Positions 41,004 to 53,917 are shown, numbered from the stretch's first letter. The stretch is DNA of 64,000 bases from an uncultured Bacteriovoracaceae bacterium (GCA_964012805.1 CAXGUD010000001.1:64001-128000), one strand, 5' to 3'. Program-made: numbers and translations. The notes: generated by a model from the sequence alone, not told the origin.

Positions 41004-41228
41004 ATGAAAAAAACTTCCAATTTTTACTTCAATTGCCTCCTCATAACGACTTTTATCTTTTTATATTCCTGCGGTGGCAAAGAATATCCCAAAACACATG
41101 AAGGAAGGTGTAAAAAAAATTGTTCCACAAAATGGGAAGAGGCCAACAGGGAATGCAAGCCTAAAAGAGGAATTGATAAAGAGCTTTGCCTTAAACACAC
41201 ATTTTGGAAACTTAATGACTGGATGTAA
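41004..41228 (+). CDS. Small Cys-rich lipoprotein
   Basis: MKK...LYSC lipobox; four further Cys. Confidence 0.6.
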   Translation: MKKTSNFYFNCLLITTFIFLYSCGGKEYPKTHEGRCKKNCSTKWEEANRECKPKRGIDKELCLKHTFWKLNDWM

Positions 41229-41250
41229 GGGCCCTTTTATTAAGGCCCTT
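41227..41250. terminator. Hairpin between convergent genes
   Basis: AAGGGCC-N10-GGCCCTT. Confidence 0.5.
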
Positions 41251-41279
41251 CTCGATTCGAAATTTTTAGTTTGGTTATT

Positions 41280-43979
41280 CTATTTCTTTACAAAATTATT
41301 AACTTGGCGGTTCGCTTTTACCCACCTATGCGCAGCTTTTGAAAGAGATTCTACAAGGATTTGAGACAGCTTATGATCCCCAAAAATTTCTTTCATCTTT
41401 TCATTAAATGAGTCCTTAAGATCCTTTTTGGCATAATACCCCAAAAGAGAGTCCTTTCCCTTAAGCTGACTTAAAACCTTAGCGGCGGACAACCTTAAAT
41501 CGTGAGTATAAAAATAATAAGGCAAATCAACTGAAAGGCTCTTCTTTACCTTTTTGTCACCCTCTTTAACATTAACTGTGACTGTAGTGGACATTTTGTC
41601 ATCTAACTCTTCGTACAGAATTCTCTTAATGGAATTTAAAACTAGCTCCTCAAAACTTTCAACGACAGGGTGAAACTCAAAAATGCTTGTTTTAGAACGG
41701 AATCCCTTTCTTCCTAAGTAGGCTTCAAATGGAGAGAGTGCTCCCCTAAAGATAACCAATTTTTGCTTTTGAAGCTCTTTCTCTAAGTAATTATAAAAGC
41801 TGGAGACCTTCATTTTAATAAATTTAATATCTTCGTCACTCCATGAGTATGCTTTTCCTCCTGGGCCAACTCCACCAGACCTTAATTCCAAAACCTTTTC
41901 AAACCTTTTTATTTCTTTCTCTATGAAGTCCCGACCGAAATCAGGAAAAAGGAGAGAATTGGATTCTTTTCCAAGGGACTCCCATTGCCCGGCCAAAAAG
42001 TCGAGTTCGGCTTCTCTTACCTCTTCTTCTTCAAGCTCTCCAATGACAGGGTACTTCCTCCTAATTCTTAGAAAACGCCCTTCCTCGGTCAAGGATCTAA
42101 CAAAACTGTAATGGAGGGAGAATACACTTTTAGCTATATTTTCTGGAGAAAGAAGGGTCTTTCTAAGCCCTTTTGGCCTACTATTTACACCACCAACCGT
42201 AGACCTTACAAAAGAACTTATGAGTCTGTGAGGTAAAAAGTCTAACTCACTCTCCAAATTCCATGCGATGAAACCCGCAAATTCATTGCCAGCATCAAAA
42301 ACGTCACAGTCATGAAAGCGGTCATTATCTAGATGAGAGTCTGTACAAAAAAGAGGGCCCCCCTCCAAAGGGACTTTTTTCCCGTCATAAAGATTTTGAA
42401 TGGCTAATTCATCATAAGAAAATGCTTTTTGATTCTTTTTTAATATATGACCAGTGAGAGCGCCTTCAAAAAACATCTGGTATTCCATCACCGAACTTGT
42501 TGGAGTTAGGTTTTTGGGCACATGGCCCGTTTTAAAATAAGAGGCCCTTAATGACTTCCTTTCTTTTAATGAATAATTTTGGCCTAAACTTCCAGCAAAA
42601 TTATGCCTTAAACCCAAAGTGTGTCCTACCTCATGGGCCACGAGTTCTCTTACATAGTCTTTTGAAACTTTCTTTAAGACCTCGTCTTTTTGAGGAGAAG
42701 CGAGAAGAAAGGCCAAGTCCCTTTTTAACTTTTGCTCAAGCCCGTAATGACACATAGGTTGTTTATGAAAGCCTTTGAGGGATACTCTCCTAGACCGTTT
42801 CTTTTTTAGTTCTTCTAAAACTTCTCTCGCCTCTTCAACACCTCCAAAGGCAAAGCTACTCGTTAGAAAAATTTGCGCGTGGAGGATCTGTCCTGTTCTT
42901 GGGTCCATTTGGGCATCAGCATACGCAAAGCCGGCCTGGTCCCAATTGGCCCATTGAATGACATTGTAGTCAGGATGAGGGGCCGAAACGCCAGAAGGCG
43001 CCATGATAACTTTAATTTGCTCACGACCAAAGGCCTTGTTCCAATAGAGAACCCCCTCTTTTACCGCATCTCTATACTCTTTAGGTGTATTTGAACTAAT
43101 GGCAAATACAATGGGCTTTTTGGAGTGGAACTTTGAAGCATGGACGACTGTTGAACCATCGAGTTTATTAAAGGGCGCGACTTCAAAAAAGCCAACCTTA
43201 TCAAAACCTTTTGACTCTTTTGGTTTAAAAGAAGGATCTGGTCTATAAGGAGAAAAATAATAGCGGACCTCCACGGACTCTCTATTTCCTTCATTATCTA
43301 ATTGAGCAACTTGCCTAATAAAAAGCTCTTCTTTTTTTCTATTTAAAGAAGCTTCTTCAATGTAGCCGTACTCTAAATCAACGGCTTGAAACTCGGCTTG
43401 ATAAAAACGACCTCCATCATCGCTGGCCCTCCAGTCATTGCCTACAAAAAGAGTTTGCATCCCAACATTAAAATCAAAAATAATTTTTCCATCGACTTCT
43501 TCTTGAATAGGAAACTCGGTTAGAATAATCTTTTGGGGTATATCAGTTGTAATTGTATGGCCCTTTGTAGATTCAAGGAGAAAAAGGGACTCTCCTCTTT
43601 TTTTGAAGGAAACAACCCTTGTCTTAAGTCCATTAAAGGTTGGTATGGGAATAAGGTAGACCATATTGACCTTGAGGAGGAACTCTTTATTAAGGGCATC
43701 CTCATTTATGGAAAGACTGTACTTGTCTTTAGAAATTGTGATGCCGCCTCTGGAGGTTGAATCAAGCCCGTCTTCCAAACCATCTTCAGGGGCTTCAGTA
43801 ACCACTTCTTCTCTGTTCTCAAAAACTTCGAAGGATGCCTCAATCCTATTATGTGCCTTAACATCTTCCTTCGACTCAAAAGGGCTTTGATCAGAGCCAC
43901 ATCCACTAATTAAGCAAGCGGAAATAAGAGCGTAAAAAAGACGCAGAGCTTGGTAAGTTAAACATTTTCCTTGTTTCAC
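41280..43979 (-). CDS. Zinc-dependent metalloprotease lipoprotein (metzincin, DUF4953/EcxA-like)
   Basis: LISGC lipobox; DPRTGQI; HEVGHTLGLRHNF; SSVMEY Met-turn; GTG 43979 follows AAGGA. Confidence 0.9.
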   Translation of the reverse strand: MKQGKCLTYQALRLFYALISACLISGCGSDQSPFESKEDVKAHNRIEASFEVFENREEVVTEAPEDGLEDGLDSTSRGGITISKDKYSLSINEDALNKEFLLKVNMVYLIPIPTFNGLKTRVVSFKKRGESLFLLESTKGHTITTDIPQKIILTEFPIQEEVDGKIIFDFNVGMQTLFVGNDWRASDDGGRFYQAEFQAVDLEYGYIEEASLNRKKEELFIRQVAQLDNEGNRESVEVRYYFSPYRPDPSFKPKESKGFDKVGFFEVAPFNKLDGSTVVHASKFHSKKPIVFAISSNTPKEYRDAVKEGVLYWNKAFGREQIKVIMAPSGVSAPHPDYNVIQWANWDQAGFAYADAQMDPRTGQILHAQIFLTSSFAFGGVEEAREVLEELKKKRSRRVSLKGFHKQPMCHYGLEQKLKRDLAFLLASPQKDEVLKKVSKDYVRELVAHEVGHTLGLRHNFAGSLGQNYSLKERKSLRASYFKTGHVPKNLTPTSSVMEYQMFFEGALTGHILKKNQKAFSYDELAIQNLYDGKKVPLEGGPLFCTDSHLDNDRFHDCDVFDAGNEFAGFIAWNLESELDFLPHRLISSFVRSTVGGVNSRPKGLRKTLLSPENIAKSVFSLHYSFVRSLTEEGRFLRIRRKYPVIGELEEEEVREAELDFLAGQWESLGKESNSLLFPDFGRDFIEKEIKRFEKVLELRSGGVGPGGKAYSWSDEDIKFIKMKVSSFYNYLEKELQKQKLVIFRGALSPFEAYLGRKGFRSKTSIFEFHPVVESFEELVLNSIKRILYEELDDKMSTTVTVNVKEGDKKVKKSLSVDLPYYFYTHDLRLSAAKVLSQLKGKDSLLGYYAKKDLKDSFNEKMKEIFGDHKLSQILVESLSKAAHRWVKANRQVNNFVKK

Positions 43980-44060
43980 GTTAAATTCCTTTTTCAAAAT
44001 TTTGCATCAGTTCTTATAATTAGGTTTTTTAGCTTTGAAAATACGATGCAAGTCTATATT

Positions 44061-44088
44061 AGAAAAGGCCCTCAATAGGGCCTTTTCT
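44061..44088. terminator. Intrinsic terminator of the symporter gene
   Basis: AGAAAAGGCCCT-CAAT-AGGGCCTTTTCT perfect 12-bp stem. Confidence 0.75.
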
Positions 44089-44144
44089 GCAACAAATTTT
44101 TAGTCAGCCTGCACCTTGCAAAGCAAAAGAAAGAGCAACTGTTA

Positions 44145-45548
44145 TTAAACCTTCCCTTCCTTTAAATCCAACTCGTATTCCTTTAAAGACTCGTCCAACT
44201 TACCCCTTAAAAGAAAGTTACAGATGAGGTTCGGTATGGCCAAAAGGCCAAAGACTGCATCAGAAAAGTTGAGAACTGGGGTGAGTTTACTAACAGCACC
44301 GATAAAGACAAAAACAACAAAGAGGATCCTAAAAACGAGTACGCCCGTTTTTCCATCTCCAAAAATATAAGTAACTCCTTTTTCACCATAGTAAGACCAG
44401 GAAATAATGGTTGAAAAGGCGAAAAAGATAACTGTGATCGTCACAATCCAACCACCGACATCACCTAAAACACTCGAGAAAGCTGTTGAAGTAAGAACTG
44501 AACCTGTATTGGTACCACCAGCATTCATCCACTCACCTGTTATAAGGAGAACAAGCGCCGTAACGGTACAAACAACAATTGTGTCAATATAAGGACCAAG
44601 TAAGCCTACAATCCCTTCTTGAATAGGCGATGATTTTGCCGCAGCATGGGCCATGGCCGCTGTCCCCATCCCCGCTTCGTTAGAAAAAACTGCCCTACGA
44701 ATCCCTTGGGCAATAACTTGTTGAATGGTGACGCCTGTAAACCCTCCAACTGCTGCCGTTCCCGTAAAGGCATCAACAAAAATTTGCTTAATTAGAGCGG
44801 GGACCGCGCCTAAATTCATTAAGACAATAATAACGGCAGCTCCAAAATATAGAACGACCATAGTCGGAACAAGCTTTCCGGCAACACTTCCAATTCTTTT
44901 AATTCCTCCTAAAATAACCGCCGCTGTCAAAGCAGCAAAAACAATCCCTGTTACCCATGGAGGAATCCCGCCATTTGAGCTTAAAAGGGAAGCTACGGAT
45001 TGGGATTGGAACATATTCCCTGCCCCAAAAGAGGAGAGGATTGTGGCAACGGCGTAAAAGAAAGCTAGGGGAAGAAAAGCTTTTCCAAGACCCTGCTTGA
45101 TGGTGTACATTGGCCCACCATTAACAACAGTTTCTCCATCTTCAACCTTTACCTCTCTATAAATAAGAGAAAGGGAAATAGATGAAAACTTGGTGGCTGC
45201 TCCAACCAAAGCGGCAAGCCACATCCAAAAAACGGCACCTGGTCCACCAGCAGCAATCGCCACGGCAACACCAGCAATATTTCCAAGACCAATCGTCGCT
45301 GAAAGCGCTGCACAGAGGGCCTGGAAGTGGCTAATTTCACCTTTGTCTTCAGGCTTATCATACTTACCAGCTGTTACGTCAATGGCATGTTTAAAATGCC
45401 TAAATTGAGGAAAGCGGTAAATAAGTGTAAAGAAGAGACCTGCTAAAAGAAGAAAGACCACAAGAAGGGGGATCCCTCCCAAAAAGCTAGCCCCATAGCC
45501 CCAAACAAAACTTACGAACCCTTCTGAAAAACTTGCAAAACTGTCCAT
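44145..45548 (-). CDS. Alanine/glycine:cation symporter (AGCS)
   Basis: ATIGLGNIAGVA, GGPGAVFWMW, FSNEAGMG, FAFSTIISWSYYGE. Confidence 0.95.
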   Translation of the reverse strand: MDSFASFSEGFVSFVWGYGASFLGGIPLLVVFLLLAGLFFTLIYRFPQFRHFKHAIDVTAGKYDKPEDKGEISHFQALCAALSATIGLGNIAGVAVAIAAGGPGAVFWMWLAALVGAATKFSSISLSLIYREVKVEDGETVVNGGPMYTIKQGLGKAFLPLAFFYAVATILSSFGAGNMFQSQSVASLLSSNGGIPPWVTGIVFAALTAAVILGGIKRIGSVAGKLVPTMVVLYFGAAVIIVLMNLGAVPALIKQIFVDAFTGTAAVGGFTGVTIQQVIAQGIRRAVFSNEAGMGTAAMAHAAAKSSPIQEGIVGLLGPYIDTIVVCTVTALVLLITGEWMNAGGTNTGSVLTSTAFSSVLGDVGGWIVTITVIFFAFSTIISWSYYGEKGVTYIFGDGKTGVLVFRILFVVFVFIGAVSKLTPVLNFSDAVFGLLAIPNLICNFLLRGKLDESLKEYELDLKEGKV

Positions 45549-45729
45549 AGCGAACCCTTGTAGTTAAAATTTATTTATTGTGCGTATTGTTCGAAAAAAA
45601 ATGGAAGTTGTCAAAAAACAAAACCTGTTGATTTCTTAGGCCTTTTTTCTTGATGCCGAAAAAAAAAAAGAAAGCGTTGCTATGTGCTAAAATACACGGA
45701 TTAATCAGCTTCATGGTTTTAAATAAAAT

Positions 45730-46626
45730 ATGGGGAACCTTGAGATGAAACTAACAAGCCTCTTACTGCTTTTTCTTCTTCCCTTTTTCACTTACTGCAA
45801 AAAACAAAAGCCGCCCTCACAACCGGCGACAAACCCTGGAAGCTCTCAAGGACCTAAACCGCTCTGCCCTTCGAGTAGTTTTTGTGTCCTTTCAAAAATG
45901 CCACTTTTGAATCAAGGTGCGAGCTCCCTTCCCCCCATTATTGCAGAAAAAACGGGAGATTCAAGTATCACAAGAGACAAGGGGTGGTGTGCTCCTGTCT
46001 CCTCCACTATTGGAATTGCAGGCCTTGTAAGGGACACTCCCTCAAGTGTAAAATTCAATAATGGCTTTGATCAATTTAGAAGTTTTGGAACTTACTATAC
46101 CAGCACCTCAAGGACTAAAAAGTATGGCCCAAGCATTTATAAAGTTGGCCAAGAAATGCAAACCAATTGGAAAAAGGGAGGCACTATAAGTTATAAAAAA
46201 GTTGATGCCTTTGAAAAGTTTACCAAAGACATTAAGGCCCCAAAAAGCTTTAAAGTTGGGCATAAAGATCAAAGTCTCAGCCGCTGGAGTACAGTAACAA
46301 ACCAAGACATCATCGATATTTTTAAGACACGTAAACCAGCTTTTGCCGTTAGTTGGGGAGTCTACAAAAGAGAAGGAGATAGTATTTACCGGAGAAGCGG
46401 AGGACATGCTCTCATTATTAATGGCTACGAAGACGGTTATTTAAAGGTCTACGACCCATGGGGAAAAATTTATAACGTCAATATTGTGGAAGCTGAAGGG
46501 AGTGGAATTTTCGGCAGGGCCGAGGTTAGACATGTAAGCGGAAGCAGAGGCTTTGTACAAGCTTATACAGGATCTAATAAGAAAATTATCTTCGATGGTT
46601 ATAACTATATGTACACCCATAAATAA
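45730..46626 (+). CDS. Papain-fold C39-like peptidase, probable lipoprotein
   Basis: Signal with TYC; GWCAPVS (Cys), GGHALIINGY (His), YDPWG (Asp). Confidence 0.75.
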   Translation: MGNLEMKLTSLLLLFLLPFFTYCKKQKPPSQPATNPGSSQGPKPLCPSSSFCVLSKMPLLNQGASSLPPIIAEKTGDSSITRDKGWCAPVSSTIGIAGLVRDTPSSVKFNNGFDQFRSFGTYYTSTSRTKKYGPSIYKVGQEMQTNWKKGGTISYKKVDAFEKFTKDIKAPKSFKVGHKDQSLSRWSTVTNQDIIDIFKTRKPAFAVSWGVYKREGDSIYRRSGGHALIINGYEDGYLKVYDPWGKIYNVNIVEAEGSGIFGRAEVRHVSGSRGFVQAYTGSNKKIIFDGYNYMYTHK

Positions 46627-46653
46627 TTAAAATAGGCTGGGCCTGCAATTTAA

Positions 46654-49017
<2,364 letters not shown>

Positions 49018-49033
49018 AATAAGATATTCTTTT

Positions 49034-49666
49034 TTACCTCTTGTCTTGTTTCTTTTTGGAATAAGGCGAGAGGTAAGTTCCAAAAACTAAATCCCAAAGA
49101 GGGTTACTAACCCCATAACGAAGACCTTTTTCCCCATGGTGGTGCTTCAAATGGTAAGTCCTTAAAAATTTTCCAATAGGCCCTTTCATTGGCCAGTGGT
49201 GAGTTGCATAGTGAATATAATCATAACAAAGGTAGCCCATAAGAAAGTAGGCCGTAAAAGAAAAAAGAAAACGATCAGGTACCACTGCCTTAAAAAAGCT
49301 AAAAATAGGAATCATAAGTAAAACGGCCGGTAATATAGGGAAAACAAGCCTTGTGGGGTCTTGAGGATCATCATGGTGAATGCCATGAAAAAGGTAAATA
49401 AAACGCTTCCCCATTGGCCCTTTGGCCTCATAATGAAACAAAAATCTATGCATTGTGTATTCAGTAAGGCTCCAAACAAGTAAAGCTACAACCGCCACAT
49501 TGAAGTTTTCCTGCAAGGAGAGAGCATTATTCATTTGCGATTTTGATAAAAGAAAGACGCAGACTGGAGTCCAAAAAATTAAAGGGGTAATCGGGTTAAT
49601 GTGACTAAAAGACTCCCAAAAATCTGACTTAAACAGTCTGATTGATTTGTACTCTGTTTTTGCCAT
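49034..49666 (-). CDS. Fatty acid hydroxylase (FA2H/Scs7-like)
   Basis: EYTMHRFLFH, HGIHH..P.D..RLVFP, YDYIHYATHH, HLKHH, YGVSNPLWD. Confidence 0.9.
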   Translation of the reverse strand: MAKTEYKSIRLFKSDFWESFSHINPITPLIFWTPVCVFLLSKSQMNNALSLQENFNVAVVALLVWSLTEYTMHRFLFHYEAKGPMGKRFIYLFHGIHHDDPQDPTRLVFPILPAVLLMIPIFSFFKAVVPDRFLFSFTAYFLMGYLCYDYIHYATHHWPMKGPIGKFLRTYHLKHHHGEKGLRYGVSNPLWDLVFGTYLSPYSKKKQDKR

Positions 49667-49819
49667 TCTTTTTCTTCCCCAAATTAAGATTTCACACTTC
49701 ATCGGTAGCTTTCTAAAGTCTAACACTAATTTTTTAATTTAAAAAAAGACAAAATTGGTAACAATCCTTAAAATGCCAAAAACTAATTACATAAATAAAT
49801 CTAAATAAAAGGACAAAAG

Positions 49820-50620
49820 ATGACAAATAAGGCCGGTCTTAATCATGAGGACCTTTTTGGCCCGTCAAAAATGGAAACTTGGGAAGGTGAAGTTGCCCTT
49901 ATTACTGGTGCCACAAGCGGCATTGGGAACGAAGTGGCCAAGCTTTTTGCGAGAGCCGGAATAAAAGTTTTTGCTACTGGAAGAAGTGAATCAAAACTTG
50001 AAGACCTTAAAAATGATATCCTCTCTTTTGAAGGTCAAATAGAAATCCAGCCCCAAGACTTACGAAAAGAAGAAAATATCTTTTCCCTATTCAGCTCTGT
50101 GAGAAAAAAGTGGGGCGGCGTCAGGGTTCTTATTAATAATGCAGGCCTTGGGTATAAGGTTGGTCTTCTTGAAGAGAATGCTTCCAAATGGAGGGAGATG
50201 CTTGAGACCAATGTCCTTGCCCCTACCCTTTGTGCCCAGCAGGCCATAGAAGATATGAGAAAAATGGGAGATAGAGGCCACGTTGTTAACATTTGCTCAA
50301 TGGCAGGCCACAGAGTTCCTCCCCAAAGCGGTATGTACTCTGCCACAAAGTATGCCATTAACTCTTTAACAGAAGGACTAAGACAAGAGCTAAGGACACT
50401 AAAGAGTCATATTAGGGTCAGTCAAATAAGCCCAGGCTTTGTCGATACCCCTTTTCTTCCCCAATATTTTGGAGACCATAAAGAAAGTGAGAAACTCCTT
50501 AGTCAAATTAACCCTCTCACTGCTCTTGATATTGCTAGAACTGTTTATACAGTTATTACCCAACCTCAATCTATGCAAATTCACGATGTGCTCGTAAGAC
50601 CAACAGAACAACCAAACTAA
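49820..50620 (+). CDS. Short-chain dehydrogenase/reductase
   Basis: TGATSGIG, NNAG, YSATK. Confidence 0.93.
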   Translation: MTNKAGLNHEDLFGPSKMETWEGEVALITGATSGIGNEVAKLFARAGIKVFATGRSESKLEDLKNDILSFEGQIEIQPQDLRKEENIFSLFSSVRKKWGGVRVLINNAGLGYKVGLLEENASKWREMLETNVLAPTLCAQQAIEDMRKMGDRGHVVNICSMAGHRVPPQSGMYSATKYAINSLTEGLRQELRTLKSHIRVSQISPGFVDTPFLPQYFGDHKESEKLLSQINPLTALDIARTVYTVITQPQSMQIHDVLVRPTEQPN

Positions 50621-50625
50621 AAAAA

Positions 50626-50644
50626 GCCCCCTATAAAAGGGGGC
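50626..50644. terminator. Terminator hairpin between convergent genes
   Basis: A-tract followed by GCCCCCT-ATAAA-AGGGGGC. Confidence 0.65.
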
Positions 50645-50670
50645 CTCAAGCTTATGAGTTTTTAATTTCT

Positions 50671-52545
50671 TTATTCAAAGAAACACCCAAGTAGATTTTC
50701 TTCAAGCAAATGATCGATTGTATCGTTAAACAAACTTCCATATCCACTTCCTGGGTAACCTTTTAAGCCTAATATTCTTTTAACAAGACCACTTTTTAAA
50801 GCCCTGATATTATTTTCCACAATAGAAGTTTCAAAGTGCTCTAGGTTCCTTGCAGGAGTAACCTTACATATTTTATTAAGTGCACCTTTAAACTTTCTCG
50901 ACTCTACGAACTTTCTCATTTCCCAGCTCTCAATTTGATGCCTAAGTCTTGAAATCTTAAGTCCATTCATTAAAACTGAGTTAATAGGACCTAAAGTTCC
51001 GCCATCTTGGGTTTTTATTGGGGTCTCCGAAACAGCTTTTAAACCATCCTCAAGGGCCTTGAAAGTATGAGCTATAGGGTTTCCAACATCTCCCTGATTA
51101 CAATTATACTGTTCCATTAAATGATCATCCGTACAAAATGGAAACTCAGTATTCTCTCTCTCTCCATAATAAGCATACCTAATAGCACCTATATCATAGC
51201 CACCGATACCATGAAAGATGGCCCTCTCTTTTCTCGGAAGGTAGTCCATCACAGAGTTTGTTAATCCATGCCTGGCATTTACTGTTCCTTTAAAGTTATG
51301 ACGAAGACCCAAAACATGACCTACTTCATGAGATATCGTTTCTCTATAGTAACCTTTCATATATTCATCAAAGGAACCAAGGCCTGTAAATTGTGGAATA
51401 ACTGGTATTTCTCCATGCTCACTAAAAATATCCAAAGTACCAAACTTTGCCTTCAAGTGGTTAGCAGCTCGAAGCGAGTAGCCATGCCTCTTTCTGTAAT
51501 CATTTCTTAGAAAATCTCCATTGATAAGAAGACTTCCGCTTACAATCGAACCTGTTTCAGGGTCAGCGAAAACAGGAACTGCAACACCGGCCCAACCAAC
51601 ATGCTTATCAGTATTTTTTACCCATTTAACAACATTGTATCTGGGGTCCCCAATATCCATATGAGGACCTGCCAACTCTACCTTTATTGGGGATCCATCA
51701 AAGGCTTTATTCCATGCAAGGATTGCTTCTTTTGCTGGGGCCACCATATCGTTAGGAAAATCTTTCAAGTGAAATATTATAGAATTATTTTCAAGTGAAA
51801 AAGTTCTTATAGGTGTTCCTTCGCTCTCCCTCATAAGATCTGGTCCGAAGTAACCATATTTGTCTCTAAGGCTTTCCGCAACAGTACGAGAAGTGTTAAC
51901 TCTCCCTACTGTATCCCTTTTTACAAGAAACAATCTTAAATCAACACTACCTTCTTTTCTTAAAGACTTTTCTCCTGCCTGCATAACACCAACCATTGGA
52001 TAACGAAGATCAATTAAAACCATATCTTCTTTTATCGTTGTCCCTAAAACCCGAGACCTCCCATATGACTCATAAGTCGAAACGCCTGTTTGCATTTTAG
52101 TGCTAACTTTTAAAGCTTCTTTTATGTGCCTATTATCAAGGGCCGAAGCAAAGTCGACAAGTTCTATGCCATTTTGCTCTTCCATATCTAAGCTCATGAC
52201 AACTTTTCTTTCCAATATATCGTATATGTAAAGTCGTCCCTGATAAGGTATCATTTTTACAACTTTTGCTTTTGAGTGAGCGGTTAAAACCTTCCCAAAA
52301 AAGTCATTTGTATTTGTAATAGTTAAACCAAAAATCCATTCATCCTGGAGGTCTCTTGTTTCAAGTCCTCCCCTATGACTCATAGACTCTAGTAAGATCC
52401 CATCAAGAGCTTCCTCAAGCTTTTCTCCAACCAAAATATTTCCTCTTACTTGGGACATCTTGTCCGGGGACCTTTGATTACAGCCCACCAAAAGAGACAA
52501 GAGGATCGCCATCATCACAGACATCTTTTTTATCGTTCTCATCAT
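50671..52545 (-). CDS. Zinc-dependent metalloprotease lipoprotein (metzincin, DUF4953-like)
   Basis: LLVGC lipobox; GDPRYN, DPETG, HEVGHVLGLRHNF, SVMDY. Confidence 0.9.
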   Translation of the reverse strand: MMRTIKKMSVMMAILLSLLVGCNQRSPDKMSQVRGNILVGEKLEEALDGILLESMSHRGGLETRDLQDEWIFGLTITNTNDFFGKVLTAHSKAKVVKMIPYQGRLYIYDILERKVVMSLDMEEQNGIELVDFASALDNRHIKEALKVSTKMQTGVSTYESYGRSRVLGTTIKEDMVLIDLRYPMVGVMQAGEKSLRKEGSVDLRLFLVKRDTVGRVNTSRTVAESLRDKYGYFGPDLMRESEGTPIRTFSLENNSIIFHLKDFPNDMVAPAKEAILAWNKAFDGSPIKVELAGPHMDIGDPRYNVVKWVKNTDKHVGWAGVAVPVFADPETGSIVSGSLLINGDFLRNDYRKRHGYSLRAANHLKAKFGTLDIFSEHGEIPVIPQFTGLGSFDEYMKGYYRETISHEVGHVLGLRHNFKGTVNARHGLTNSVMDYLPRKERAIFHGIGGYDIGAIRYAYYGERENTEFPFCTDDHLMEQYNCNQGDVGNPIAHTFKALEDGLKAVSETPIKTQDGGTLGPINSVLMNGLKISRLRHQIESWEMRKFVESRKFKGALNKICKVTPARNLEHFETSIVENNIRALKSGLVKRILGLKGYPGSGYGSLFNDTIDHLLEENLLGCFFE

Positions 52546-52560
52546 CCTCTCCTTGCTTAA

Positions 52561-52580
52561 TCAGAAACTTAATTTTCTGA
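52561..52580. promoter_or_regulatory. Inverted repeat just upstream of the metalloprotease RBS
   Basis: TCAGAAA-CTTAAT-TTTCTGA. Confidence 0.3.
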
Positions 52581-52779
52581 TTCCTTGGGTTTATTAGAAA
52601 AGAGTGACAATTCCAAAAACGATCCAGGAAAAAACCATGTTATTTCAGGGGTTTAAGCTTTTATTAAGGTTTATAGTAAGAAAAAGTAAATTTTAGCGGC
52701 CCATCAATTCTAATCAGGGTCATTTTGATTCCGTCAAAAAAGGTGTATATTCCACCTTTTTTTAAAAGAGGAGGTCAAA

Positions 52780-53565
52780 ATGTATTGTCACGAAGTCGAT
52801 TATGAAATCATTGGGAGCGATCTTCAAATGGTAGAAGTTGAATTAGACCCAAATGAAACAGTCGTAGCTGAAGCCGGTTCAATGAATTACTTTGAAGAGG
52901 GAATTACCTTTGAAGCAAAAATGGGAGATGGCTCAGAACCTGAAAAAGGTTTTTTTGGTAAAATTCTCGGAGCAGGTAAACGCTTTTTAACAGGAGAGTC
53001 TGTTTTCATGACTCACTTTACAAATAACGGCCCTGGAAAAAAGCGCGTTTCTTTTGCTGCACCTTTCCCTGGAAAGATTATTCCAGTCAACATGAACGAA
53101 GTCGGGGGCAAAATCCTTTGCCAAAAAGACTCTTTCCTAGCAGCAGCGCTTGGAACAAAAGTCTCAATGGCCTTCAATCAAAAAATAGGAACAGGACTTT
53201 TTGGAGGAGAAGGCTTTATCCTACAGAAGTTAGAGGGTGACGGAATGGCGTTTATCCATGCAGGTGGAACCATTATCCGAAAGGAATTAAAAAATAGTAA
53301 AATTATGGTTGATACCGGATGCATTGTCGGGTTTACCGCAGGGGTTGATTATAATATCCAAAGAAGCGGCGGACTAAAGTCTATGGTATTTGGGGGAGAA
53401 GGACTTTTCTTAGCAACACTATCTGGTACTGGCTCTGTCTGGCTTCAAAGCCTACCGTTCTCACGACTCGCTGATAGGATACTTGCAAATGCGCCAAGTG
53501 CTGGCGGAAAAACTCAAGGCGAGGGATCCCTTATGGGAGGAGTTTCTAATATATTTGAAGATTAA
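52780..53565 (+). CDS. TIGR00266 / AIM24 family protein
   Basis: [52 protein letters not shown]. Confidence 0.92.
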   Translation: MYCHEVDYEIIGSDLQMVEVELDPNETVVAEAGSMNYFEEGITFEAKMGDGSEPEKGFFGKILGAGKRFLTGESVFMTHFTNNGPGKKRVSFAAPFPGKIIPVNMNEVGGKILCQKDSFLAAALGTKVSMAFNQKIGTGLFGGEGFILQKLEGDGMAFIHAGGTIIRKELKNSKIMVDTGCIVGFTAGVDYNIQRSGGLKSMVFGGEGLFLATLSGTGSVWLQSLPFSRLADRILANAPSAGGKTQGEGSLMGGVSNIFED

Positions 53566-53609
53566 AGTTAAAACATTGTTTTGTTTAAACTTCACTCTCT
53601 TTGAAAATA

Positions 53610-53646
53610 AAAAGGGTTTCAAAAAAAAGTCTTGAAACCTTTTTTT
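53610..53646 (+). terminator. Intrinsic terminator
   Basis: AAAAGGGTTTCAA...TTGAAACCTTTTTTT. Confidence 0.6.
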
Positions 53647-53709
53647 CTCTCAATTTCCGTTTAAAATAACCGATTAGCCCACCTGTAAACAAAAAAAAGG
53701 TGAAATCTT

Positions 53710-53889
53710 TTGACTGACCAAAATAAAGCTGAAGAAGAAAAAACCCACGAGCATCTTCCTATCCCCATTCAACTTTATGAAAAGATGAGGCAAGTCGCAT
53801 CCTCAGTCGGAGAAGCCCCTCAAAGATACCTATGGAGCCTTATTGAAAGCGACTACATGAGATGGAAGAAAGAAAATCAAAATAAATAA
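53710..53889 (+). CDS. 59-aa protein, ribbon-helix-helix-like (absent from the ORF track)
   Basis: AAGGTG RBS, TTG start; MTDQNKAEEEKTHEHLPIPIQLYEKMRQVASSVGEAPQRYLWSLIESDYMRWKKENQNK*. Confidence 0.6.
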   Translation: MTDQNKAEEEKTHEHLPIPIQLYEKMRQVASSVGEAPQRYLWSLIESDYMRWKKENQNK

Positions 53890-53917
53890 AGTTGTAGTCT
53901 GAAATTATTTTAAAAAG

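Noticed and set aside
45659..45669. A11 tract upstream of the C39-like peptidase as a phase-variation site
   Set aside because: Homopolymer A/T runs are common throughout this AT-rich window
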